Shown here: piece by piece, positions 1-8,571 of the stretch
Layout: every line of letters begins with the position of its first letter
Numbering within the stretch: the stretch's first letter is position 1
Assembly (NCBI GenBank): GCA_051646055.1
Contig: JBOFCM010000129.1
Location: forward strand, 895 to 64,894
Reading direction: 5' to 3'
DNA from: Fusobacteriaceae bacterium
GTDB taxonomy: Bacteria > Fusobacteriota > Fusobacteriia > Fusobacteriales > Fusobacteriaceae
Length of the DNA: 64,000 nucleotides
Notes under the pieces: model-generated
The model's input: the letters and a program-made list of their open reading frames with translations, nothing else
Told to the model about the DNA's origin: nothing
Databases searched by the model: none
Program-made: the position numbers and the translations under genes

Positions 1-825
1 ATGAAGACCATCTATGATATAGATCCCAATCTTTTGACACCTACTGCCGGTGGTCAGATATCTAAGCCCTTTATACTTTCATTCTGGATGTTAGTAGGGG
101 TGGCGGTTTTAGGACTTCCTCCCACAGCTGTGAGGTGTATGGGATTTAGGGATACAAAATCCATGCACAATGGAATGATATTGGGGACTTCTGTGGTGGG
201 AGTTCTTATGCTGGGAATGCACCTGGTGGGATTTATGGGAATAGCTATAGATCCCAATATAGATATAGGGGATAAAGCTATTCCTATTTTGGCCATGAAT
301 AATCTTCATCCCATAGTGGCAGGGGTGTTTATAGCTGGTCCTCTGGCTGCCATAATGTCCACAATAGATTCTCTGCTAATTTTGAGTTCGGCAACAATAA
401 TAAAGGATCTCTACATAAGGTATATCCTAAAGGGAAAAGAAATTTCAGAAAAAAAGATAAAAATGGTTTCTCAGACCATATCTCTTACTCTGGGAATAAC
501 GGTATTTTTTCTGGCGTTGAATCCGCCTAAGCTTCTTGTTATGCTTAATCTGATGTTTCTAGCCGGTCAGGAAGCAATATTTTTCTGTCCTATAATATTT
601 GGACTATACTGGAAAAAGGCCAATGCTACAGGTGCTTTATCAGCTATGATTGTAGGACTTGGTTCATATCTTTTCCTTTTTCTAAAAAACATAAAAATAT
701 TTGGAACCCATCAGATAGTACCAGTTATATTTTTTGCAGTAGTGGCTTTTGTTGTGGGATCTCTTTTGGGAAAACCTACACCTGAGGATAAGTTGAAGAT
801 TTTCTTTGAAGATGAAGAGAACTAA
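1..825 (+). CDS. Sodium:solute symporter (SSS) family transporter, C-terminal 274 aa; 5' end outside window
   Basis: Frame is open from base 1. Multi-pass hydrophobic protein with SSS-type C-terminal helices (GQEAIFFCPIIFGLYWKKANATGALSAMIVG), PanF/PutP-like. Substrate not assignable. Confidence 0.7.
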   Translation: MKTIYDIDPNLLTPTAGGQISKPFILSFWMLVGVAVLGLPPTAVRCMGFRDTKSMHNGMILGTSVVGVLMLGMHLVGFMGIAIDPNIDIGDKAIPILAMNNLHPIVAGVFIAGPLAAIMSTIDSLLILSSATIIKDLYIRYILKGKEISEKKIKMVSQTISLTLGITVFFLALNPPKLLVMLNLMFLAGQEAIFFCPIIFGLYWKKANATGALSAMIVGLGSYLFLFLKNIKIFGTHQIVPVIFFAVVAFVVGSLLGKPTPEDKLKIFFEDEEN

Positions 826-837
826 TTAGGAGGATAT

Positions 838-1860
838 ATGTTTCAGGATTATTTAAAAGCCCTATCTTTGATACTTTTTGCGGAGATGGGAGATAAAACT
901 CAGATAATAGCCATGACTTTTGCTATGAGATATGCTATGAAGGATATACTTACAGGAGTAGCTTTGGGAGCTGGTTTTAATCATGCAATAGCGATAGTTT
1001 TAGGAACTTTGCTTACAAAATTTATAAATGTAGATTTTTTACAATTGGTGGCGGGGATGGTATTTATAGTTTTTGCTATGCTCTCTCTGGGGACAGAAGA
1101 TGAGGATGAAGACGAGGAAAAAAATAGGCATATGAGCCCCATTATAACTGTAGCTTTTGCCTTTTTTATGGGGGAACTTGGAGACAAAACTCAGATTTCA
1201 GCCCTGACTCTTTCTCTGGATAGCAATTACCCACTTTTTATACTTCTGGGAACAACTTCAGGAATGGTTCTCACGAGCCTTTTGGGAATAATAATCGGAA
1301 GTAAATTAGGGAAAAAAATACCGGAGTTTCATCTCAAAGTGGCAGCTTTTACAATATTCCTTATTTTTGGGATAGAAAAGTTTTTTAATTCCCAATACCT
1401 TACATATTTTGGAAAAGAGATAGGATACGGAGGAATAGCAGCAGTAGCTTTTTTTGGTTTAATAAGATTTTATAGGTTCTACCAGTTTGAAAAATCTGAG
1501 CCCAAAACTCCTCTGAGAATTCACGCAGATGAAATTTATAAAATTAAGCATACAATCTCTAAGACTTTAGATAAGATGTGTCTCAATGACAATATCTGTA
1601 AAGAGTGTGTAGGAGAAGGGTGCATTGTTAATTATATGAAAAAAATTACAGAGGAATCTATTAACAGTAGTGAGCCGATGGAACAAAATGAACTTTCAGA
1701 GGTAGCAAATATGGTAGTGGATAATACTCATGAAAAAGCAAGTGCTAAAGAAATTTTGGAAGAAATAGAACTCTATTTGGAAAAATTTCCTTCTGAAAAG
1801 GGCAATATATATATTCAAAAGATAAAAAAAACTTCTGAAAAAATAATTTCAGAAGACTAA
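838..1860 (+). CDS. UPF0016 (GDT1/TMEM165) family cation (Mn2+/Ca2+-type) transporter with a ~150-aa soluble Cys-containing C-terminal extension
   Basis: Two E-x-G-D-K-T-Q signatures (AEMGDKTQ, GELGDKTQ) in two membrane halves separated by an acidic loop (EDEDEDEE). AGGAGG RBS lies just upstream. The tail carries CLNDNICKECVGEGC. Confidence 0.75.
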   Translation: MFQDYLKALSLILFAEMGDKTQIIAMTFAMRYAMKDILTGVALGAGFNHAIAIVLGTLLTKFINVDFLQLVAGMVFIVFAMLSLGTEDEDEDEEKNRHMSPIITVAFAFFMGELGDKTQISALTLSLDSNYPLFILLGTTSGMVLTSLLGIIIGSKLGKKIPEFHLKVAAFTIFLIFGIEKFFNSQYLTYFGKEIGYGGIAAVAFFGLIRFYRFYQFEKSEPKTPLRIHADEIYKIKHTISKTLDKMCLNDNICKECVGEGCIVNYMKKITEESINSSEPMEQNELSEVANMVVDNTHEKASAKEILEEIELYLEKFPSEKGNIYIQKIKKTSEKIISED

Positions 1861-1864
1861 ACTC

Positions 1865-1893
1865 TTGAATTTTGCAAGAAAACATGATACTAT
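1865..1893 (+). promoter_or_regulatory. Candidate sigma70-type promoter for the tRNA gene
   Basis: TTGAAT (1865-1870), 17-nt spacer, TACTAT (1888-1893), about 11 nt before the tRNA 5' end. Confidence 0.4.
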
Positions 1894-1904
1894 AAATCTT
1901 GGAA

Positions 1905-1981
1905 GGCTCCTTAGCTCAATTGGATAGAGCATCTGACTTCGGATCAGAGGGTTATGGGTTCGAACCCTGTAGGGGCCGCCA
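1905..1981 (+). tRNA. tRNA-Arg, anticodon UCG, genomically encoded CCA
   Basis: Cloverleaf folded by hand. Acceptor GGCTCCT/AGGGGCC. D arm GCTC-AATTGGATA-GAGC. Anticodon arm TCTGA-CTTCGGA-TCAGA (U33, anticodon TCG, G37). Variable loop GGGTT. T arm ATGGG-TTCGAAC-CCTGT. Discriminator G followed by CCA. Confidence 0.85.
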
Positions 1982-1998
1982 TTATAAAAAGTGTAATT

Positions 1999-2027
1999 TC
2001 GTCATCATATTTGGTGACGATTTTTTT
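1999..2027 (+). terminator. Intrinsic terminator after the tRNA
   Basis: Hairpin TCGTCATCA / TGGTGACGA (one G-U pair) followed by T7. Confidence 0.7.
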
Positions 2028-2158
2028 ATTTTTTCAAAACAATTATGAATTAAAGATTCAAAAATTATTATTGTTGACAAATAAAAATTTCTAGTATATC
2101 TTATTTGTAGTATAGAGTTTTTTAACAGAACAAATTATAATTAAAATGGGGGAGAAGT

Positions 2159-3553
2159 ATGGATTTAAATGCTATTGCAAAAGAAATTATAGCACATCTG
2201 GGGGGAGCGGAAAATTTGGCTCGTGTTGCTTGCTGCATGACGAGGCTTAGAGTTACTGTAAAGGACAGATCTCTGGTGAACATGGAAGGACTAGCTAAAG
2301 CCAACGGAGTAATTAAAATTATTGAAGAAGAAACAATTCAAATTGTTGTAGGTCCGGGAAGAAGTAGAAAACTTATGGATATTATCAATGGAAACTATTC
2401 GATAAAAGAGGAGACAGGTTCCGATTGGGAAGAAAATAAAAAAGAGATTAAAAATAGGCAAAAAAAATCTAAATTCAAAGATATTTTGAGACTCATAGCG
2501 AATATATTTGTTCCGCTGATACCAGCAATTATAGCGGCGGGTCTTCTTAACGGAATTTCAGGTTATTTTATAAACGTATATAAGATGCAGGGAGTTGCCA
2601 CTCCTATATGGATAACATTTATGCAAACTTTGGGAAGTGGTCTTTTCGCATATTTCTCAATCTATGTGGGGATCAATGCAGCTAAAGAATTTGGAGCTAC
2701 TCCTGGACTTGGGGGGATTATAGGGGCTATAACTATAAGTTCCAACATAAATATATTTTCTAAGGCACTGGGACTTTACAATGAAGCAGTCCCTCTGAAT
2801 AGTATTCTTACAACTGGAAAAGGTGGGATTATAGGAGTTATTTTAGGTGTAGCGATTCTTGCTTGGATTGAAAAAAAAGTAAGAAAGATAATGCCGGATA
2901 TGTTGGATACAATAATGACCCCATTTATATCACTGACTATAGCAGGAGCTCTTACAATATTCATAATTATGCCGGTAGCGGGATATGTTTCTGATATTAT
3001 CATTATGATGTTAAGTACACTTATTATGACACAGGGACCTATGGCTGTAGTTTCAGGATTTGTTCTTTCAGCTCTCTTTCTTCCTTTGGTTGTTGTAGGA
3101 CTTCACCACGGACTTATACCATTTTATGTTGTTCAATTAGAAAAATTCGGAAGCATAGCTCTCTATCCGATTCTTGCCATGGCAGGAGCTGGACAAGTTG
3201 GAGCAGCAATTGCCCTTTATATAAAGGCTAAAGATGATTATAAGTTAAGAGATATTATAAGAGGGGCACTTCCGGTTGGAATTCTTGGAGTTGGAGAACC
3301 TCTTATTTATGGAGTTACAATGCCGCTTGGAAAACCATTTATCACTGCTGCAATAGGAGGGGGACTGGGAGGAGCGTTTTGTGCTCTGACAGGAGTTGCT
3401 TCAGTAGCTTTCGGACCTTCGGGTATAACAGCTATTCCTCTGATTATTCCTGGAAAAATAATGTCATATGTGATAGGACTATTTATATCCTATGCAGCTG
3501 GATTTGTAATCACATGGTTCTTCGGGATACCTAAAGATTTTACAATAGAATAA
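2159..3553 (+). CDS. PTS EIIBC permease, sucrose/trehalose/MurNAc-type domain order (B then C), no EIIA
   Basis: N-terminal EIIB with active-site Cys motif (VACCMTRLRV), then a ~10-TM EIIC. GGGGGAG RBS upstream. Sugar specificity not assignable. Confidence 0.8.
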   Translation: MDLNAIAKEIIAHLGGAENLARVACCMTRLRVTVKDRSLVNMEGLAKANGVIKIIEEETIQIVVGPGRSRKLMDIINGNYSIKEETGSDWEENKKEIKNRQKKSKFKDILRLIANIFVPLIPAIIAAGLLNGISGYFINVYKMQGVATPIWITFMQTLGSGLFAYFSIYVGINAAKEFGATPGLGGIIGAITISSNINIFSKALGLYNEAVPLNSILTTGKGGIIGVILGVAILAWIEKKVRKIMPDMLDTIMTPFISLTIAGALTIFIIMPVAGYVSDIIIMMLSTLIMTQGPMAVVSGFVLSALFLPLVVVGLHHGLIPFYVVQLEKFGSIALYPILAMAGAGQVGAAIALYIKAKDDYKLRDIIRGALPVGILGVGEPLIYGVTMPLGKPFITAAIGGGLGGAFCALTGVASVAFGPSGITAIPLIIPGKIMSYVIGLFISYAAGFVITWFFGIPKDFTIE

Positions 3554-3563
3554 AAAAAATGAG

Positions 3564-3592
3564 TGTCGGATAAATTTTCCGACATTTTTTTT
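3564..3592 (+). terminator. Intrinsic terminator after the PTS gene
   Basis: Stem TGTCGGA / TCCGACA, 7-nt loop, T8 tail. Confidence 0.75.
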
Positions 3593-3755
3593 AATTAGTC
3601 AATCACACATTGCATAGTGGGACTGGCTTGTAGAGTGAATTATGTCAATATAAGTTCATGATAAAAAAAATAGCGAGACAAAAAAGCTATGGATAAGATT
3701 CAAAAAATAAAGTATACTATTATAGTGGAAACATAATTAAAGAAAAGGAAGTGAA

Positions 3756-4337
3756 TTGGAATTTATGCTGAAAAATAGTAATTTAAATGATATTTTGGAA
3801 TTTAATAAAAATTTCGTAAAAAATGAAGAATATAAAAAATATAATACTACAAAACATCCAGATAGAAAAATGGTAATTGTTTCATGTATGGATACCAGGC
3901 TCACGGAACTTTTGCCTCAGGCTATGTCAGTAAGAAATGGAGATGCTAAAATTATAAAAAATGCCGGAGGAGTCATAGTGCATCCCTTTGGAAGTGCTAT
4001 GAGAAGTATACTGGTTTCCATCTATGAATTCGACGTAAATGAAATTTACATCGTAGCCCATGAGGAATGCGGAATGTGTAATTTGGATACAGAGGATATA
4101 GTTCAAAAGATGAAGAAAAAAGGAATATCAGATGAAATAATAAATACTCTCTACAATTCTGGAATAGATGTCAAAGAATGGTTGCACGGTTTTTCATGTA
4201 TAGAAGAATCTCTGAGAAAAAGTGTAGCAATAGTAAGAAAGCACCCTCTTCTACCAGAAAATGTAGCTGTCCATGCGCTGATTATCAACCCTAAAACCGG
4301 AGAATTAAAGCTGATTGAAGATGGCAGTAAGAGTTAG
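3756..4337 (+). CDS. Beta-class carbonic anhydrase
   Basis: Zinc-ligand motifs CxDxR (SCMDTRL) and HxxC (HEECG). Start is uncertain (TTG 3756 or ATG 3765). Confidence 0.75.
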   Translation: MEFMLKNSNLNDILEFNKNFVKNEEYKKYNTTKHPDRKMVIVSCMDTRLTELLPQAMSVRNGDAKIIKNAGGVIVHPFGSAMRSILVSIYEFDVNEIYIVAHEECGMCNLDTEDIVQKMKKKGISDEIINTLYNSGIDVKEWLHGFSCIEESLRKSVAIVRKHPLLPENVAVHALIINPKTGELKLIEDGSKS

Positions 4338-4365
4338 GTTTAAAAATCACACATATTAATCTATT

Positions 4366-4406
4366 AAAAAGGGAGTTTCTATCATCACTGAAACTCCCTT
4401 TTTTTT
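4366..4406. terminator. Bidirectional intrinsic terminator between convergent genes
   Basis: A5, stem GGGAGTTTC / GAAACTCCC, then T8. It can serve both the carbonic anhydrase (+) and the nitroreductase (-). Confidence 0.75.
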
Positions 4407-4408
4407 GT

Positions 4409-5017
4409 TTATTTTTTTACGAAAAGTCTCTTTTCTAAAGGTTGAAATTCTTTCTCTCCAGGTTGAGCAGTAGGCTTACCGAAAGGCATCTGGGCTATAA
4501 GTTTCCATGAAGCAGGAAAGTTCCAGTTTTTCTTAACTTCCTCTTCAATGAGTTCGTTATAATGCTGTAAGGATGCTCCCATTCCTTCAAGTTCCAAAGC
4601 TGTCCAAGTTGCAAACTGATGCATAGCACTGGTATGGTGAGACCAAATTGGGAAGTTATGGCTATAGAGTGGGAACATCTCTTGCAAAGATTTTACCACA
4701 TCCATATCTTCGAAGAAAAGTACCGTCCCATATCCGTTTTTAAAGGAATTTATTTTAGCTTCGCTATCTGAAAACTTTTCTGGTGGAACAATTTTTCTGA
4801 GAGTTTCCATGACAATATTCCATAATTTTTCATGCTCTCCAGCAAGTAGTAGGGAGAGTCTTGTACTTTGAGAGTTAAAAGCGGAGGGGGTATTCTTCAC
4901 TACTCTCTCCAAAATGTTTTGAAGTTCCTCATCTGTTGTGGTACTCTCTCTAGATATATTGTAATATGTTCTTCTTTTTTCAGATAAATTTAAAAAATCT
5001 GATGTTTCTTTTTTCAT
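4409..5017 (-). CDS. Nitroreductase-family NAD(P)H oxidoreductase
   Basis: 202 aa. N-terminal R-R-T-Y and TPSAFNSQ segments are typical of the nitroreductase fold (recall-based). GGAGG RBS upstream. Confidence 0.65.
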   Translation of the reverse strand: MKKETSDFLNLSEKRRTYYNISRESTTTDEELQNILERVVKNTPSAFNSQSTRLSLLLAGEHEKLWNIVMETLRKIVPPEKFSDSEAKINSFKNGYGTVLFFEDMDVVKSLQEMFPLYSHNFPIWSHHTSAMHQFATWTALELEGMGASLQHYNELIEEEVKKNWNFPASWKLIAQMPFGKPTAQPGEKEFQPLEKRLFVKK

Positions 5018-5093
5018 AATTTAAACCTCCATTTAAAATAATTAAATTCCAGTATGAAAATATACTTTAAGAAGATTAGAATTTCCTTTAAAT

Positions 5094-5117
5094 GTTTTTT
5101 AGTTATAACTAAAAAAC
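5094..5117. promoter_or_regulatory. Perfect 24-bp palindrome in a divergent promoter region (candidate operator)
   Basis: GTTTTTTAGTTATAACTAAAAAAC equals its own reverse complement. It lies between the nitroreductase start (5017) and the rlmN start (5187). Confidence 0.35.
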
Positions 5118-5186
5118 TATTTTAATAAAGACATATTGGAAAAGATATGGTATAATTTAAGGTAAACTCAGATTATGGAGGTAATT

Positions 5187-6239
5187 ATGGAAAATAAGAT
5201 AAACTTACTTAACTTAACAAAAAATGAACTGGAGAAATTTGTGGTAGAAAATGGAATGAAAAAATTCTATGCAAAGCAGATTTATCAGTGGTTACATCAA
5301 AAAATGGCAAGAGATATCAATGAGATGACGAATATATCTTTAAAAGACAGAGAAAAACTTTCAGAGGTGTCATACATCCCTCTTCTTAATCTTGTAAAAT
5401 ATCAAGAGTCGAAAATAGACCGTACAGAAAAATTCCTATTCCAACTGGAAGATGGAAATAGCATAGAGACTGTGCTAATTAAATCTAAAGATAGAAATAC
5501 TCTGTGTATCTCATCACAGGTTGGATGTGCTGTAAACTGTGATTTCTGTGCAACAGCTATAAATGGATTTGCAAGAAACCTAAATCTTAGTGAAATTTTG
5601 AATCAGGTATATACAGTAGAGAGAAGACTTGTAAAAAAAGGGGAACATCTGACTAATATAGTTTACATGGGAATGGGAGAACCTCTTCTTAACCTTGAAA
5701 ATCTAATAAAATCTCTTGAGATATTCTCTGATGAGTCTGGAATCAATATCTCTAAAAGAAAGATAACGGTATCGACATCAGGAATAGTTCCAGCTATTGA
5801 AAAACTTTTAGAGCGTAAAGTACATGTGGAACTGGCGATATCTCTGCACAGTGCAATCAATGAAAAAAGAGATGCAATTATGCCTATAAACAAGGCATAT
5901 CCTTTAGAGGATCTGCACACAGTACTTAAAGAGTACCAGAGACAGACAAAAAGAAGAATAACTTTTGAATATATTCTGCTGAATAATGTCAATGTATCAG
6001 ATGCGGATGCCAATGCACTGGCTGATTTTGTCCATGATTTTGATCACATTGTTAATATTATTCCTTATAACCCGATAGAAGGAAAACCTTATGAAAGACC
6101 ACTGGATAAGAAAATAGAGAAATTTGTAAGTGTTCTTGAGGATATCAGAAAGGTAAATGTTTTTGTAAGAAGAGAAAAAGGGACAGATATTGACGGAGCC
6201 TGTGGACAACTTAGAAGAAAAACTGAAAAACTAAAGTAA
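5187..6239 (+). CDS. rlmN: 23S rRNA/tRNA adenine-C2 methyltransferase RlmN (radical SAM)
   Basis: CX3CX2C motif (CAVNCDFC) and full-length RlmN/Cfr architecture. ATG 5187 is preferred over 5175 because GGAGG sits 5 nt upstream. Confidence 0.85.
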   Translation: MENKINLLNLTKNELEKFVVENGMKKFYAKQIYQWLHQKMARDINEMTNISLKDREKLSEVSYIPLLNLVKYQESKIDRTEKFLFQLEDGNSIETVLIKSKDRNTLCISSQVGCAVNCDFCATAINGFARNLNLSEILNQVYTVERRLVKKGEHLTNIVYMGMGEPLLNLENLIKSLEIFSDESGINISKRKITVSTSGIVPAIEKLLERKVHVELAISLHSAINEKRDAIMPINKAYPLEDLHTVLKEYQRQTKRRITFEYILLNNVNVSDADANALADFVHDFDHIVNIIPYNPIEGKPYERPLDKKIEKFVSVLEDIRKVNVFVRREKGTDIDGACGQLRRKTEKLK

Positions 6240-6259
6240 AATTATTCGTAGGGGTAAAG

Positions 6260-8437
6260 ATGAAAAAAATAGTTGTGAGAATTTTAATGGGAATTTTTGC
6301 TCTTATTTTCCTTCTTGGAGCTGGAGCAGCTGTATGGGCAGGGACCTTCGTATATAAAAATTATAAGGAACTTCCAAATATAGAAGAGCTTGTAACGAAT
6401 TATACACCTTCTGTGCCTACCACAATTTATGATAGAAACGGAGTGCTTATTGACAGTATCTACAGGGAAAAAAGGGAACCTGTAAATCTTGAAAATATTT
6501 CTGAAAATCTTAAAAAGGCTGTAGTGTCCATAGAGGATAAAACTTTTTATAATCATTATGGTCTGAACATAAAAAGAAATATAGCCTCGGTAATTGCCAA
6601 TATTTCAGCAGGAAGAGCTGTCCAGGGAGCTAGTACCATAACCCAACAGCTTGCTAAAAATGCTTTTCTTACATCTGAGAAAAAACTTTCTAGAAAGGTT
6701 AAGGAAGCTCTTATCACTTTTGAAATAGAGAGCATCTTTACTAAGGACGAAATATTGGAAAAATATCTCAATGAGATAAATTTTGGTTCAGGATCCTACG
6801 GAATAAAATCAGCAGCATATAGTTTTATGAGAAAAACTCCTGCTGAACTAAATCTGGCAGAGTCAGCAATGTTGGCAGGAATGCCTAACCGTCCTGAAAG
6901 ATATAATCCTAGAAGGAATTTAAATGAGGCTTTGAAAAGAGCTCATCTCATACTGGGAGAGATGTTGAAAGATGGAGTTATAACTAAACCTGAACACGAT
7001 GAAGCTCTGAATCATAAATTTGTAGTTTATGATGAAAAAATAAATTTGAAAAAAATAGATGGGAAAGCAACGACAATAATTTATCCCAAAGAAGCCAGAA
7101 CAGAATCTAGTGTCCCTGATTTTACAGATCTTGTGCATGAATTTTTAAGAAATGAAAAAAATAGTGATGGGGAAAGAGTTTTTTCTGATGAGATGATATA
7201 TTCAGAAGGACTGAAAGTTTATACTACAGTGGATGTGGAGATTCAAAAAACTGCTAAAGAACTTTTCACAAAAAGTCAGTTCTTGAATGCAAGGCCTGGT
7301 CTTCAGTATGGAATGGCAACTATAAACTCAGAAACAGGGGAAGTTATTGCAGTAATAGGAGGCAAAGATTATAAAATAGGTAACTTTAACCGTGCTGTAA
7401 TGGCCAAAAGACAATTGGGGTCTTCAGCAAAACCCTTCCTCTATTTTACTGCCCTTCAGAGCGGAACAGAGATGAATGCCATTATAGACGACAATAAAGT
7501 AAAGTACGGAAACTGGGAACCTAAAAATTACGGTGACAGATATTATGGAAATATAACTCTGCTGGATGCTTTGGATAAATCTTTGAATATGGTATCGATA
7601 AAACTTCTTGAGAAAGTGGGTGTTCCTGCTCTTAAAGAAACTACGAAAAAATTCGGAACAGAATTCAAAGTTCCTAATAATCTGACAGCTTCATTGGGGA
7701 CTTACGAGGGGACACCATTGGAACTCTCACAGGCCTATGCAGTCTTTGCAAATGGAGGGTATTCAGTAAAGCCTATAATAGTCAAAGAAGTGCAGAATAG
7801 ATTTGGAAATCAGATATATCACTCTGAAGTAAAAAAGCAGAAAGAATTTGATTCAGTAGATATAAGTTTGATTACTTATATGCTAGAAAGTTCAGTAAGA
7901 AGTGGAACATCTAAGAGAGCTGAAGTAAAGGATAAAAATGGAAATCTTATAGACCAGGGTGGAAAAACAGGAACTACAAACCAGAATAGGACAATTTGGT
8001 TTGCAGGAATAACACCTAAATACACCACAACTATTTACTTAGGTTACGATGACAACAGAGAAATCAAGGAAAATCTTACAGGAGGAAGTGGGCCAGCACC
8101 TATTTGGGGAGAGTTTTATAAACAGTTGGTGGACAAAGGGCTCTATATACCAGAAAAATTCCAGTTTATAGATGATAATATAAAAAAGGGCACCCTTATA
8201 ACACAAAATCTTAACTCTAAAAATGGACTTATCGCTACTTCTGGAGGAAGAGAGTTTCTCCTTAGAAGTGGAAGAATATCTTTAGAGAGAGACACTAAGT
8301 ATTCTAACGGTATAGCCGGGTTATTTTACCGTCCAGCAGTAGGAATACCTGTTTCAGGAGATGGTAAAATCCCCGAAAAGCAAGAAGGAAATCTAGAAAA
8401 AGAAAGTAGTATATTTAGAAGATTGTTCGGAAATTAA
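6260..8437 (+). CDS. Class A penicillin-binding protein (bifunctional glycosyltransferase/transpeptidase, PBP1A-like)
   Basis: N-terminal TM anchor. GT51 motifs EDKTFYNHYG and GASTITQQ. Transpeptidase motifs SSAK, SLN and KTGT. Confidence 0.9.
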   Translation: MKKIVVRILMGIFALIFLLGAGAAVWAGTFVYKNYKELPNIEELVTNYTPSVPTTIYDRNGVLIDSIYREKREPVNLENISENLKKAVVSIEDKTFYNHYGLNIKRNIASVIANISAGRAVQGASTITQQLAKNAFLTSEKKLSRKVKEALITFEIESIFTKDEILEKYLNEINFGSGSYGIKSAAYSFMRKTPAELNLAESAMLAGMPNRPERYNPRRNLNEALKRAHLILGEMLKDGVITKPEHDEALNHKFVVYDEKINLKKIDGKATTIIYPKEARTESSVPDFTDLVHEFLRNEKNSDGERVFSDEMIYSEGLKVYTTVDVEIQKTAKELFTKSQFLNARPGLQYGMATINSETGEVIAVIGGKDYKIGNFNRAVMAKRQLGSSAKPFLYFTALQSGTEMNAIIDDNKVKYGNWEPKNYGDRYYGNITLLDALDKSLNMVSIKLLEKVGVPALKETTKKFGTEFKVPNNLTASLGTYEGTPLELSQAYAVFANGGYSVKPIIVKEVQNRFGNQIYHSEVKKQKEFDSVDISLITYMLESSVRSGTSKRAEVKDKNGNLIDQGGKTGTTNQNRTIWFAGITPKYTTTIYLGYDDNREIKENLTGGSGPAPIWGEFYKQLVDKGLYIPEKFQFIDDNIKKGTLITQNLNSKNGLIATSGGREFLLRSGRISLERDTKYSNGIAGLFYRPAVGIPVSGDGKIPEKQEGNLEKESSIFRRLFGN

Positions 8438-8462
8438 TTTTAAAAGACAAATAAAAAACAAA

Positions 8463-8489
8463 AACCACATTTTAAGATGTGGTTTTTTT
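8463..8489 (+). terminator. Intrinsic terminator after the PBP gene
   Basis: Stem AACCACAT / ATGTGGTT followed by a T run. Confidence 0.7.
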
Positions 8490-8571
8490 AATTTAAAATA
8501 GTAAGTCTCTTGATTATTCATAAAAAATATAGTATCCTAAAATTGTGGGAACAAAAAAATGGAGGGATGAT

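Noticed and set aside
826-837. Expected a yybP-ykoY (Mn2+) riboswitch ahead of the UPF0016 gene
   Set aside because: The intergenic gap is 12 nt, so there is no room for a leader RNA.
3601-4354. 10-bp direct repeat AATCACACAT (3601-3610 and 4345-4354) flanking the carbonic anhydrase gene, which could be an insertion footprint
   Set aside because: Exact 10-mers recur by chance many times in 64 kb. No mobility gene, inverted repeats or longer flanking identity is present, so I cannot distinguish this from coincidence.
8545-8571. Longer N-terminal extensions offered by the ORF track for hutH, and similarly for mgsA (to 29193), psd (from 29151), the abgT-family gene (to 19217), the YeaQ-like gene (to 17064), the PfkB kinase (from 60360) and the amidase (from 43974)
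   Set aside because: In each case the extension swallows the obvious Shine-Dalgarno of an internal ATG or GTG. It also adds residues absent from the conserved family N-terminus.
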